Origin: an uncultured delta proteobacterium
GTDB lineage: Bacteria; Desulfobacterota; Binatia; Binatales; Binataceae
Direction of reading: 5' to 3'
DNA: 64,000 bases
Assembly (NCBI GenBank): GCA_963774665.1
Contig: CAVZGB010000020.1
Coordinates: forward strand, 226,797-290,796
Of this stretch, positions 1 to 8,367 are shown piece after piece. The position numbers were made by a program, and so were the translations under genes. Positions within the stretch are counted from its first letter, which is position 1; each line of letters begins with the position of its first letter. The notes below the pieces were generated by a model that worked only from the letters and a program-made list of their open reading frames with translations, was not told the DNA's origin and made no database searches.

Positions 1-71
1 AGTTATCTACGCTGTACGTCGATTGAATATCCGTGTTGAAACAACATCGAAATGAGGATGGGGTGTACCAA

Positions 72-218
72 ATGAGCGAAGCAAAAGAACGCGAAGTCAT
101 CGTAAAACTACCTTACACGACCCCCAGGCTGGTCGAGTATGGCTCCGTCACGAAGCTTACTGAAGCAAAGTCAAACGGCGGGACCGACGGCGTCCCCGGC
201 GCTCATCACAACGTGTAA
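72..218 (+). CDS. Lasso peptide precursor (A). Leader MSEAKEREVIVKLPYTTPRLVEYGSVTKLTE; predicted core AKSNGGTDGVPGAHHNV.
   Basis: A 48-aa ORF is the first gene of a B2/B1/kinase set. Its leader matches the conserved lasso leader motif Y-x2-P-x-L-x3-G-x5-T-x exactly, with Thr at -2, core residue 1 = Ala and Asp at core position 8. ATG at 72 is preferred over the upstream in-frame GTG at 33, which has no ribosome-binding site (RBS). Confidence 0.6.
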   Translation: MSEAKEREVIVKLPYTTPRLVEYGSVTKLTEAKSNGGTDGVPGAHHNV

Positions 219-225
219 TTCGTCA

Positions 226-262
226 GAGAGCTGGTTCCAGTTTATCGCTGGAACCAGCTCTC
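226..262 (+). terminator. Strong stem-loop immediately 3' of the precursor gene, likely an attenuator or transcript-stabilising hairpin.
   Basis: Perfect 14-15 bp inverted repeat GAGAGCTGGTTCCAG / CTGGAACCAGCTCTC with loop TTTATCG, 8 nt after the precursor stop. The U-tract is weak (ATTCCTGT). Confidence 0.45.
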
Positions 263-295
263 ATTCCTGTCATCGTCGCGAGCTGAACGCTGCTA

Positions 296-1282
296 GTGTT
301 TGGATATGCAGTTTATGGTCTCGCGATCAGTTCTGACGTAACTCTCCGCAATTTGAAACCGATCGAATCGACCGAGGACCTGCAAGGGCGTCCTCGAGTG
401 CGATTGCGCCTCAAACCGTCGAAGTATACGCGGATCCAAGCTACTGACTGGTTTCTCGAGTACGCGACGCCCGCAGGAAAGCCGTTCCTGCGCCAGGCGA
501 AGGTAGCCGGCGGCTACCTGCTGAGCTTTCCCGACCTGGCCGACTTCCTGGTCTCGAAGAATGGATCGCAGGTCACGTGTTGCTGGCCGTATGCACACCG
601 CTCCTTCGACACAATTTGTCATCTCGCGGTGGACCAGGTTCTGCCCTGCGTGGCGAACCTGGTCGGTCTGCTGGCGCTGCATGCGACCGCCGTCGTGACT
701 CCGCATGGAGTCTGCGGCTTCGTGGGATCGGCGGGCACCGGCAAATCCACCCTGGCCGCGAGCTTCGCGCTCGCCGGCTACCCGACCTACTGCGACGACT
801 GCCTGGTGGTAGTTGAAGGCGGCGACGGAATCGTGGCCCAGCCGGGTTATCCCGGCGTCCGACTATGGGAAGACTCGGCCCGATCGATCCTCGGCGATCG
901 CGCCGCCGATCATCCGACGATCGGACACTATTCGAGCAAGCGCGGAGTTGAACGATTTGCGGAAACCGCCGAGGCTTCGCTGCAACCGGCGCCGCTCATC
1001 GCGATTTATATTTTGACTCGCGATATTTCGGGCACCGCCGCCGAGCGCGGTCAGACGCCGACGATCGATGAACTCCCTGCGAGCGAAATCTTTGTCCAGT
1101 TGCTGCGTTCCACCTACCGGTTGGACATTACCGATAGCGCAATGCTCAGTCGGGAGTTTCGGGCCCTCCATACCCTTGTCGATCGGGTTCCGGTGAGAAG
1201 GCTTGCCGTGCCGAACAATTTCGACGCACTACCTGCCGTGCGCGAAACGGTTATCGCCGATCTTGCGCGTATCAGAAACTGA
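296..1282 (+). CDS. HPr-kinase-like (HprK C-terminal domain family) kinase of the type associated with lasso peptides
   Basis: P-loop GSAGTGKST followed by DDCLVV, as in the HprK C-terminal domain GxSGxGKS...DD. GTG start follows an in-frame stop. Sits directly after the precursor gene. Confidence 0.7.
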   Translation: MFGYAVYGLAISSDVTLRNLKPIESTEDLQGRPRVRLRLKPSKYTRIQATDWFLEYATPAGKPFLRQAKVAGGYLLSFPDLADFLVSKNGSQVTCCWPYAHRSFDTICHLAVDQVLPCVANLVGLLALHATAVVTPHGVCGFVGSAGTGKSTLAASFALAGYPTYCDDCLVVVEGGDGIVAQPGYPGVRLWEDSARSILGDRAADHPTIGHYSSKRGVERFAETAEASLQPAPLIAIYILTRDISGTAAERGQTPTIDELPASEIFVQLLRSTYRLDITDSAMLSREFRALHTLVDRVPVRRLAVPNNFDALPAVRETVIADLARIRN

Positions 1283-1294
1283 TACTGATTCTTC

Positions 1295-1711
1295 TCAATG
1301 TTCCCCGACTGGCAGCGCAGCGTAGTTCCGACGCTCACTTTCGCCGGTGATTATACGGTCGCCGCATTCGAGCCATGCATGGGCGCGCAGAAGGTCGGAA
1401 GAATTTTTTGCGACACCGAGCCGGATTTGGCTGCTGATGCCGCGCCGCGCGAGCATCTCGCGCCCGGCGATCGCGCGAACGAGGCAATTGTCTCCGGCCG
1501 GTACGATACGGCCGGCAGTCTCAACCGCCCAACTTATTTTCGCGGTGTCGGTGTCCTGCGCGCCGGCCAGCGGCGTCACTGGCTGCAGGATTTTGCGCAC
1601 GGGAACGAACATCACTGCCAGCCGTGCTTTGACCAGCGACGCTACCGCCGATCCGAGCAGTCGGCGATCAGCGGCCGGCAGGTCAATGAATTTGCGCACT
1701 CGCGATTGCAT
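1295..1711 (-). CDS. Lasso peptide biosynthesis B2 protein (transglutaminase-like leader peptidase)
   Basis: Motif NCLVRAIAGREMLARRGISSQIRLGVAKN...HAWLECGDRII aligns with the McjB C-terminal core CLxxSxALxxxL...IGV...HSWVE, which contains the catalytic Cys and His. Size of about 138 aa is typical of a split B2. Confidence 0.75.
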   Translation of the reverse strand: MQSRVRKFIDLPAADRRLLGSAVASLVKARLAVMFVPVRKILQPVTPLAGAQDTDTAKISWAVETAGRIVPAGDNCLVRAIAGREMLARRGISSQIRLGVAKNSSDLLRAHAWLECGDRIITGESERRNYAALPVGEH

Positions 1712-1785
1712 CGTGGACCGTGATCATCCAGCTTAGACGTGGGGCGCCAACAAGGGCAATCGCGTTTGGCAACCGGTGGCATCCA

Positions 1786-2055
1786 ATGAAGATCGAGATT
1801 TCTAAAGATGTGATCTGGCGCGAATTGGGCGGGGAGGTTGTGATGCTCGATCTCGCCAACCAACAATATTTTGGTTTGACCGGCACCGGCAGCGAAATGT
1901 GGCAACTGATCGTGGAGCATGGTTCAGCCGACTCCGTGATCGATCGGATGCTCGCCAAGTACGACGTGGACCCCGCGAATCTCAGGGCCGACTTCGACAA
2001 GCTCGTGAACGAACTGGCCGCCAAGGGGATGTTGCGGGTCTCCCGCGGCGACTGA
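1786..2055 (+). CDS. PqqD-family protein (lasso peptide B1, the leader-recognition RRE)
   Basis: An 89-aa protein with the PqqD signature (WRELGGEVVMLDLANQQYFGLTGTGSEMWQLI...). It is divergent from B2. The internal ATG at 1786 is preferred over 1720. Confidence 0.75.
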   Translation: MKIEISKDVIWRELGGEVVMLDLANQQYFGLTGTGSEMWQLIVEHGSADSVIDRMLAKYDVDPANLRADFDKLVNELAAKGMLRVSRGD

Positions 2056-2125
2056 CCTTCCCTTTCCCGGACACACTCCCCAGCTCGCCGGTTGATGGGC
2101 GAGGGCGCCGGCGTTGCTTTAGTGG

Positions 2126-2148
2126 GGCGGGCCGCCGTGCCCGCCTTT
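2126..2148 (+). terminator. Possible intrinsic terminator after B1
   Basis: GGCGGGC-cgccgt-GCCCGCC hairpin followed by TTTGATCC. Confidence 0.3.
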
Positions 2149-2162
2149 GATCCCGCTCCTTC

Positions 2163-3419
2163 GTGGGGATAGCTTTCTCCGACATTATGCTGAGTCCCGT
2201 CAATCGATGGTTCCCGCAAAGCGCCACTCGCGACGCGCGGGTGCTGCTGACGACGCGCGCGTTGCGCGGACTTGCCGACGGCGGAGTCAGCGTATTGTTG
2301 CCGGGCTACCTGACGGCAATCGGATTCAATCCGCTGCGGGTCGGCGCGATCGTGTTCGGCACGCTGCTCGGCTCGGCGGCGCTCACGCTATGGGTTGGGC
2401 TGGCGACGGATAGATTGGGCCGGCGTCGAGTCCTGCTCGCGGCGTGCGGGTTGATGCTGTTGACGGGAATCGGATTCGCCATCACGACTAGCTTCTGGCC
2501 ATTGTTCATCGTCGCAGTGGTCGGCACGCTGAATCCTTCCGCCGGCGATGTCAGCCTCTTCCTGCCGGTCGAGCAGGCGGCGCTGGCCGAGGCCGCGGAG
2601 CCGCGAGATCTGACTGCTATGTTCGCACTGTACAATGTTGCGGGCGCATTCGCCGGGGCGTTCGGCGCGCTCGCGAGCGGCGTTCCGGCGATACTCGCGG
2701 CGCGGCACGGATGGGGACTCGCGCCGGCGCTGCGGTCGGGCTTCGTTGCCTACTCGATCCTCGCGGTCATCGCCTTCACGTTCTATCGGCGTCTTTCACC
2801 GGACGTCGAAGTCGAGCGCTACCCGGTCAAGCGCGCGCCGCTGGAGAAATCGCGCGCAATCGTCTACCGGCTATCGGCGCTGTTCAGTATCGACGCGTTC
2901 GGCGGCGGATTCGTAATTCAATCGCTGCTGGCGCTGTGGCTGTTCCGCCGTTTCAATCTCTCGGTGCAGACGGCGGGTGCATTTTTCTTCGCGGCGGGAT
3001 TGCTCGGATCGTTTTCACAGTTTGTTTCGGCGGCACTCGCGTCGCGCTTCGGCCGGATCAACACGATGGTATTCAGCCATCTGCCGTCGAATTTGATGCT
3101 GATACTTGCCGCGCTGATGCCGACGCCGGCGCTCGCGATGGGATTTCTTCTGCTCCGATCGTCGACCTCGCAGATGGACGTTCCCGCTCGGCAGTCATAC
3201 GTGATGGCGGTGGTGCCGCCCGAGGAGCGCGCGGCCGCGGCGACCGTCACGAATGTGCCGCGCAGCCTGGCGTCAGCATTCGCGCCGCTGCCGGCGGGCG
3301 CGATGCTGAATCATTCGTCGTTCGGATGGCCGCTGATTTGCGCGGGCACGCTGAAAACAATCTACGACATCTTGCTGTTGATCCAGTTCCGCGCAGTAAA
3401 ACCCACCGACGAATTTTGA
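2163..3419 (+). CDS. MFS transporter, a possible exporter for the cluster
   Basis: 418 aa with about 12 predicted TM helices and the MFS loop motif GRRRVLL. Start may be at the internal Met at 2187. Confidence 0.8.
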   Translation: MGIAFSDIMLSPVNRWFPQSATRDARVLLTTRALRGLADGGVSVLLPGYLTAIGFNPLRVGAIVFGTLLGSAALTLWVGLATDRLGRRRVLLAACGLMLLTGIGFAITTSFWPLFIVAVVGTLNPSAGDVSLFLPVEQAALAEAAEPRDLTAMFALYNVAGAFAGAFGALASGVPAILAARHGWGLAPALRSGFVAYSILAVIAFTFYRRLSPDVEVERYPVKRAPLEKSRAIVYRLSALFSIDAFGGGFVIQSLLALWLFRRFNLSVQTAGAFFFAAGLLGSFSQFVSAALASRFGRINTMVFSHLPSNLMLILAALMPTPALAMGFLLLRSSTSQMDVPARQSYVMAVVPPEERAAAATVTNVPRSLASAFAPLPAGAMLNHSSFGWPLICAGTLKTIYDILLLIQFRAVKPTDEF

Positions 3420-3485
3420 TCCAACGCGATTGTTCCCCTTCCCTCGAGGGAAGGCGTTAGGGGTTAGGTTCCTTTGAAGGAAGCG

Positions 3486-4319
3486 CTACGCGCGCAGCAC
3501 GACGATGCCGTCGCGGATCGCGAGGCGGCCTTCGCCGCTGAGCGTCTCGAAGAAGATGGCGGTGCCTTCGCGCGCAAGTACTCGTATTGTCAGCATCGAG
3601 GGCATTGTCACCATCGCGCCGAAACGTGCCGCCACTCTTTCTATTCGCGCAGGATCCTTGCCCGCCTGGCTCTCGACTATGCGCGAGACTGCAAGTGCCA
3701 GCGTTGCGGTTCCGTGCAGGATGATTTCGGGCAACCCGGCTGCGCGCGCGACCGACGCGTCGGTGTGTATCGGATTAAAGATTCGCGCGCACTCCGTGTA
3801 TATGTGCGCCATACCCGCCGGCACATCCACCTGGCATTCCAGGAGCGGCTCGCCCTCCTCGACGATCGGCGGCTCCGGCGAGGGCGCAAGCTTCGCCGGA
3901 AAATCCGGTCCTTTGACTTCGACGCCGCGATAGATCGCGCCGTACCAGCTCGTGCACACCGGCTTGCCTGCCGCATCGACGGTGTCGAGCCGCGTGACCA
4001 TGTATGCGCCCGGCTTCCGCCGCTCGACGCCCGCCACCGTGAGCTGCGTGGTCAGGCGCTCGGGTGGCCGAATCGCTCGATGCAGCACGGTGTCATGCGT
4101 CGCATGCACCCCGCGCATCGCCTCGTCGCGCGTAAGCGAGGTGGATTTTTCGAACTGCGCGCGCATCGCGACCTGCACCGGCCATTCGAAGCAGACCGGG
4201 AACATCGGATGCGCAATCACTCCGCCGAACGGTGTCCATGTAGCAGGGAATCGAGTCGCCGAGCGCGGCCGCGTACGCCATCGTCCAGCGCGAATCGATC
4301 TCGCTGACCATTGGCGCAC
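3486..4319 (-). CDS. MaoC-like (R)-specific enoyl-CoA hydratase / double-hotdog dehydratase
   Basis: C-terminal MaoC motif NPIHTDASVARAAGLPEIILHGTATLA. The N-terminal 38 residues are Arg-rich, so the true start may be at 4205. Confidence 0.65.
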   Translation of the reverse strand: MRQWSARSIRAGRWRTRPRSATRFPATWTPFGGVIAHPMFPVCFEWPVQVAMRAQFEKSTSLTRDEAMRGVHATHDTVLHRAIRPPERLTTQLTVAGVERRKPGAYMVTRLDTVDAAGKPVCTSWYGAIYRGVEVKGPDFPAKLAPSPEPPIVEEGEPLLECQVDVPAGMAHIYTECARIFNPIHTDASVARAAGLPEIILHGTATLALAVSRIVESQAGKDPARIERVAARFGAMVTMPSMLTIRVLAREGTAIFFETLSGEGRLAIRDGIVVLRA

Positions 4320-4471
4320 CGGCGCTCCCGACGATCGAAGACTCGAGCGGCATGACAGCTACTTCTACCCGCGACGAATCGTCCCGTCCACCGCGCGGCA
4401 GATTTACAGACATCTGCAGCGGGTGAAATCCTCGTTGACATCTGATGACTGATGCGTGATGATCAATCGTT

Positions 4472-4699
4472 ATGCGTACCACGCTGGATATAGATGAGGA
4501 CGTTCTCGAGTGCGCTAAAGAGCTAGCGGCCAGGCGGCAAACTACGGCGGGGCGCATTTTATCTGAGCTCGCGCGTTGCGCGCTGGCGCCCCGGGATCGC
4601 ACTGCTCGTAAACGCAACGGGGTGCCGCTTCTGCCAAAGCAACGAGGGGTGCGGCTGGTCACGCCGGAAATTGTCAACCGGCTCCGCGACGAACTTTAA
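4472..4699 (+). CDS. vapB: Type II antitoxin VapB
   Basis: N-terminus MRTTLDIDEDVLECAKELA is typical of VapB/DUF2191 antitoxins. It is 14 nt upstream of a PIN toxin gene. Confidence 0.75.
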   Translation: MRTTLDIDEDVLECAKELAARRQTTAGRILSELARCALAPRDRTARKRNGVPLLPKQRGVRLVTPEIVNRLRDEL

Positions 4700-4713
4700 G
4701 AGCCGGATAGCGT

Positions 4714-5151
4714 GTGATCGCCCTGCTTGACGTCAACGTCCTGGTGGCGTTGTTTGATCCCGCCCATTTGCATCACGAGGCAGCCCACGTGTGGTTCGGT
4801 CGCAACCGCAGCCGCCGATGGGCGACTTGTCCGCTGACAGAAAACGCGCTGGTTCGGGTATTATCCAATCCGTCCTATCCTGGCCGGCGCACGACGATCG
4901 AGGATGCCGCAGCGCGTTTGCGAGTCTTCTGTTCGGATCGCCTGCATGTCTTCTGGGCCGATTCGGTGAGCATTCGCGACACCGGCGGGTTCCGATGGAA
5001 TCATGTTCAGGGCCATCGCCAGCTCACTGACGTCTACCTGCTGGCCCTTTCGGTATCGAATGAAGGCCGACTGGCCACTTTCGATTCGACGATCTCTCTC
5101 AGAGCGGTCCAAAGCGCGGCTCCGAATAATCTCGAACTTCTCTCAGCATAA
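4714..5151 (+). CDS. vapC: PIN-domain toxin VapC
   Basis: MIALLDVNVLVALFDP... PIN fold with an acidic residue pattern; 145 aa. Confidence 0.8.
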   Translation: MIALLDVNVLVALFDPAHLHHEAAHVWFGRNRSRRWATCPLTENALVRVLSNPSYPGRRTTIEDAAARLRVFCSDRLHVFWADSVSIRDTGGFRWNHVQGHRQLTDVYLLALSVSNEGRLATFDSTISLRAVQSAAPNNLELLSA

Positions 5152-5305
5152 CTGCTTGATCGCGCAAACTGGCGATGACGGAGTTACCGCTCCGCGGAAA
5201 GCGCAACGCGGGGATTACCGCGGACCCAGGTGTCGAACATTTCCGCAAGCGCCTGGCGTTTTACCGGCTTGCTCATTGCTGGCAGCTTTGTTCAGGGAAC
5301 TGCGT

Positions 5306-5875
5306 TCAGTCTGATTTCTGGCAAGAGGCTCCGACGTACTTCCAGATCGAATGACCCGGACCAGACAAGCGAAACATTGTCCCGCTCAAGATGGTGCCGT
5401 CGGGCGATACTTGAAAGTCTCCATGCATCGTCCGAAGGTGCAACTGAATCTGGGTTCCGTTAACGGTACCATCGCCGTGGCTCATCACTGCGTCAGACTC
5501 CGGAAAGTAGTTGGTTACTTCGAGCTTCGATCCAGTTTGAGTAATGAGATGACAGCCGCCTACCATGTCGCGCCACGCCCCGGTGAGGGTTGGATGCTTC
5601 CCGGGTTTTATCGAAGCGAGTTGGGACGAAGACGCCGGTGATCCGGCTCCGGAGCGAGCCTCATTCGAGACTGCCGATCCGGGTGCGAACCCAGGTTCTT
5701 CAGAAGATGGAGCCGGCGCGCTGATTTCCGTGGCCCTGGTTGCCTCGTGATTTCCGATGTAGCCGAGCTGATTGAGCGTTCCTACGATAGCGGCGATAAC
5801 GGTAGCTAGCGCGGCAGCAGCACCGAGCAGGCCGCCGGAGATGCCGCTGCTTCCCTTTCGGGGATCATCCGCCAT
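5306..5875 (-). CDS. Hypothetical membrane-anchored protein
   Basis: ORF with one TM helix (GGLLGAAAALATVIAAIVGTL), a low-complexity linker, then a C-terminal domain. Its ATG overlaps the upstream hydrolase stop (TAATG). Confidence 0.4.
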   Translation of the reverse strand: MADDPRKGSSGISGGLLGAAAALATVIAAIVGTLNQLGYIGNHEATRATEISAPAPSSEEPGFAPGSAVSNEARSGAGSPASSSQLASIKPGKHPTLTGAWRDMVGGCHLITQTGSKLEVTNYFPESDAVMSHGDGTVNGTQIQLHLRTMHGDFQVSPDGTILSGTMFRLSGPGHSIWKYVGASCQKSD

Positions 5876-6651
5876 TATTTTCCCTTCAGATATTGCGCAA
5901 GAAAGTCGAGCGTAACCGCCCATGCGGCTTGAGTATCATTCGCGTCGTAAGCGCTCGAGTCCTCGAAGTTGAAGGCGTGCTCTGCCTCGGGATAGAGCTT
6001 AAGTTGATGCGGCCGCGCCGCTGCAGTGAGGATCTGATCGAGCTCCTGAGATTGCTGAGCAAGCACTAAACGATCTTTTCCGCCGTGAATAATCAAGGTC
6101 GGCGGCATCGTGGCAGCCTTTTCTTTAATCGATGGGGGCACCGGCCCATAGTAGTCGACGACCGCCGCGACCTGGTCTGAATAATGGGCGCCGAGAGAGA
6201 GCGCCAGCATCGCGCCAAGGGAATAGCCCATCACACCGATTCGCTTGGGATCGACCGCGGGGTTCTTGCCCAGCGCGTCGAGGCCGTCGTGAAGTTTCCG
6301 GACCCACCCGGCGAACGATTGGCGGACTTTCGCCTGCTCCCCCGGTACGACTTCTTCGCCCGCGGCGTAGTATTCGATCATCTCAGCGTAGTAGCCCTGC
6401 GCCGCGAGATCCCCGCAGACCTGCTCCAGGTTGTGATAGCCGGCACCATGAACTTCCGCACCATGGATCAGTATCACCGCTGGATGCGATTGCTTCGAGT
6501 CGGGTGCACAGGCGTACACTTCGACCGGTTGGCTACCGGACGTGTACTCGCTCTTGGTCCAGGCGGCGCGGGCCGGAACGGCGCCAATCAGAAGCGTGAT
6601 GGTGATCGAGAGGAGCCAGAGTTGATTGACCGCTTTGACTCGGTTTCCCAC
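5875..6651 (-). CDS. Dienelactone hydrolase-family alpha/beta hydrolase (secreted)
   Basis: Signal peptide, nucleophile elbow GYSLG, HGGKD and a C-terminal His motif. Confidence 0.8.
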   Translation of the reverse strand: MGNRVKAVNQLWLLSITITLLIGAVPARAAWTKSEYTSGSQPVEVYACAPDSKQSHPAVILIHGAEVHGAGYHNLEQVCGDLAAQGYYAEMIEYYAAGEEVVPGEQAKVRQSFAGWVRKLHDGLDALGKNPAVDPKRIGVMGYSLGAMLALSLGAHYSDQVAAVVDYYGPVPPSIKEKAATMPPTLIIHGGKDRLVLAQQSQELDQILTAAARPHQLKLYPEAEHAFNFEDSSAYDANDTQAAWAVTLDFLAQYLKGK

Positions 6652-6827
6652 GTTGAATTCCGACTCACACTCCCATCAACATCAGCTGATTTGCAAGTGG
6701 CTGCCGGCCGCGGCACAACATGGCGCGATAACGACGCGGTCGCAGATAGACGTGAGTACTTGCGCGATCGGCATGAATCGCGAGTTGAGAGTTCCGGCGC
6801 CTTCACTGCGACGCCAGGTCTCGATAT

Positions 6828-7265
6828 CTACAGGAAGCTGCCGACTGTTCCCTGACCGTCGAGCTCGATGTGCTGGGGACTATTTTGCGCCGAGTCGGTG
6901 AACGTCAGGGCATTGTGATCGTTCACCTTGCCGGTGACGAGCGGATGGAACACGACCTCAACCTTGCACGAACCACCGGGAGCCAGCGGCGAGCCCGAGC
7001 ATTTGTCGCTTTGTATCGAGAAGGTTTCCGCGGCGACGATACTGGTAAAAGTGATCGAGTCTGTCCTGGATTTGTTGGTAACGGTTACGGTCAGCGGCGC
7101 ACTGGAGGCTGTGGCGACCACCGGGCCGAAGTCGTGCTTGTCAGGTTTGAGTTTCAGCTCTGCGCCTGAGTCTGCGGCGACGATGGCGTAGACTAAAGCC
7201 GTCGCGACAGCTGTCAAGACCATCAGAAACGATCCGGCAGGACGGGTAAATCTGAATCGCAGCAT
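6828..7265 (-). CDS. Small secreted protein with a choice-of-anchor-D/ASH-like domain
   Basis: Signal peptide, then DFGPV...TVTNKS...CSGSPLAPGGSCKVEVVFHP, which is the same pattern as the C-terminus of the 58000..59639 protein. Confidence 0.5.
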   Translation of the reverse strand: MLRFRFTRPAGSFLMVLTAVATALVYAIVAADSGAELKLKPDKHDFGPVVATASSAPLTVTVTNKSRTDSITFTSIVAAETFSIQSDKCSGSPLAPGGSCKVEVVFHPLVTGKVNDHNALTFTDSAQNSPQHIELDGQGTVGSFL

Positions 7266-7469
7266 GTTGTTCCTCCCCCGAGGACGCGATGTCTAAACTC
7301 ATCACAACTAAACAGATTGTAGTAAAAGATAACAGCGACGCAAGAGCCTGCCAACTGCCGCTCGGTCGCGTCTCGAGATCCTTCAGACGGCGCGCGATTT
7401 TGGGTAAGGTGGACAATCGTGGTTCCGGGGAAGAACTCCAGGCACCGAAGCTAATGATTTATCAGGCTT

Positions 7470-7559
7470 GGAGGGGTGGCCGAGCGGTTAAAGGCACCGG
7501 TCTTGAAAACCGGCAGGGATGAAAGTCCCTCGTGGGTTCGAATCCCACCCCCTCCGCCA
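7470..7559 (+). tRNA. tRNA-Ser (anticodon UGA)
   Basis: Cloverleaf with acceptor GGAGGGG/CCCCTCC, D-arm GCCGAGCGGTTAAAGGC, anticodon stem CCGGT/ACCGG with loop CTTGAAA giving anticodon TGA, a long variable arm, T-arm GTGGGTTCGAATCCCAC, discriminator G and CCA. Confidence 0.85.
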
Positions 7560-7826
7560 ACGAGTCCCCGAGGCAGAGAAATCGGGGCTTCCGCTGGCGA
7601 AAAGCCCGCGCAGACGGCGTTTTCTAGGCCGAAAGTCCCTCAGAGAAAGGCCAGCCAGCGACGATCCGCCGAGATTTCGCCCGATTCTCTCTGTTTCGAC
7701 CTTTCGGAGGGGACTTTCGAAATCGAACAGAAAGCTGAAAGACCGCTTTCAACATCAATGACGAGGGCTTCCCGAGCAAGGACAAGCCCAGACAAGGGTT
7801 GCTCGCCTCAGGTTGGTCGCGACTCC

Positions 7827-8270
7827 TCAATGGCGAGCAGGCTCGAACAGCTCAATCGGATTGCCGTCGGGATCTTCAATTTGAATCTGTTTGCCACCGG
7901 GGCCGACCTCGATTTCATTTCTAAAACGCAGACTCGCCTTTTTCAGCTCCGCAATGCGCGCAGGCAAATCCAGGACCTGAAGGAGCACACGGTTCCATCC
8001 GCCGGGCTCTTGTTGACGGCCATCGCACATTGGTCGCGACCCAGATGCCCCAGGACCGCTCAAGATTAACTTGAGGCCACCTATTGAAACCTGGCCGAAA
8101 GCCGGCAAGTTCTGCATGTCCAGATTGAAACCAAGCGTCTGCGTATAAAAAGTAATTGCCCGCTGAACATCTTTGACCTGATATCGAACACCCCAAAACC
8201 CCACAACGAAAGCCTGTGTCGTATGAGATGACTCCGAGTGTTGCTTCTCGCTCTCTTGTATTGAATTCAT
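7827..8270 (-). CDS. VOC-family protein (glyoxalase/bleomycin resistance/dioxygenase fold)
   Basis: VGFWGVRYQVKDVQRAITFYTQTLGF...IEDPDGNPIELFE. Start chosen at Met 8270, which has a GGAG ribosome-binding site. Confidence 0.7.
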   Translation of the reverse strand: MNSIQESEKQHSESSHTTQAFVVGFWGVRYQVKDVQRAITFYTQTLGFNLDMQNLPAFGQVSIGGLKLILSGPGASGSRPMCDGRQQEPGGWNRVLLQVLDLPARIAELKKASLRFRNEIEVGPGGKQIQIEDPDGNPIELFEPARH

Positions 8271-8367
8271 AGGTAGACACTCCAGTCGCCGTTGATTCGC
8301 TCTCGTGATTCCGATCCGATGTCGCTCGCACGGCGCGTTGCCGCAATTCGAATCAACAGATGCTCGT

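Noticed and set aside
1298-1736. Plus-strand ORFs (141 aa and 129 aa) overlapping the B2 gene
   Set aside because: The minus-strand frame carries the diagnostic B2 transglutaminase-core motif (CLVRAIA...HAWLE), and the plus-strand translations are Arg/Ala-rich with no features. They are antisense artefacts of high GC.
3474-4307. 277-aa plus-strand ORF antisense to the MaoC dehydratase gene
   Set aside because: Arg-rich and low-complexity, whereas the opposite strand has a clear hotdog/MaoC motif.
7560-7830. Genomic island integrated at tRNA-Ser
   Set aside because: No integrase, no duplicated tRNA 3' end (attR), and the downstream genes (VOC-family protein, ECF41 sigma) look like ordinary chromosomal content. 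Only a short variable-arm-like repeat was noted.
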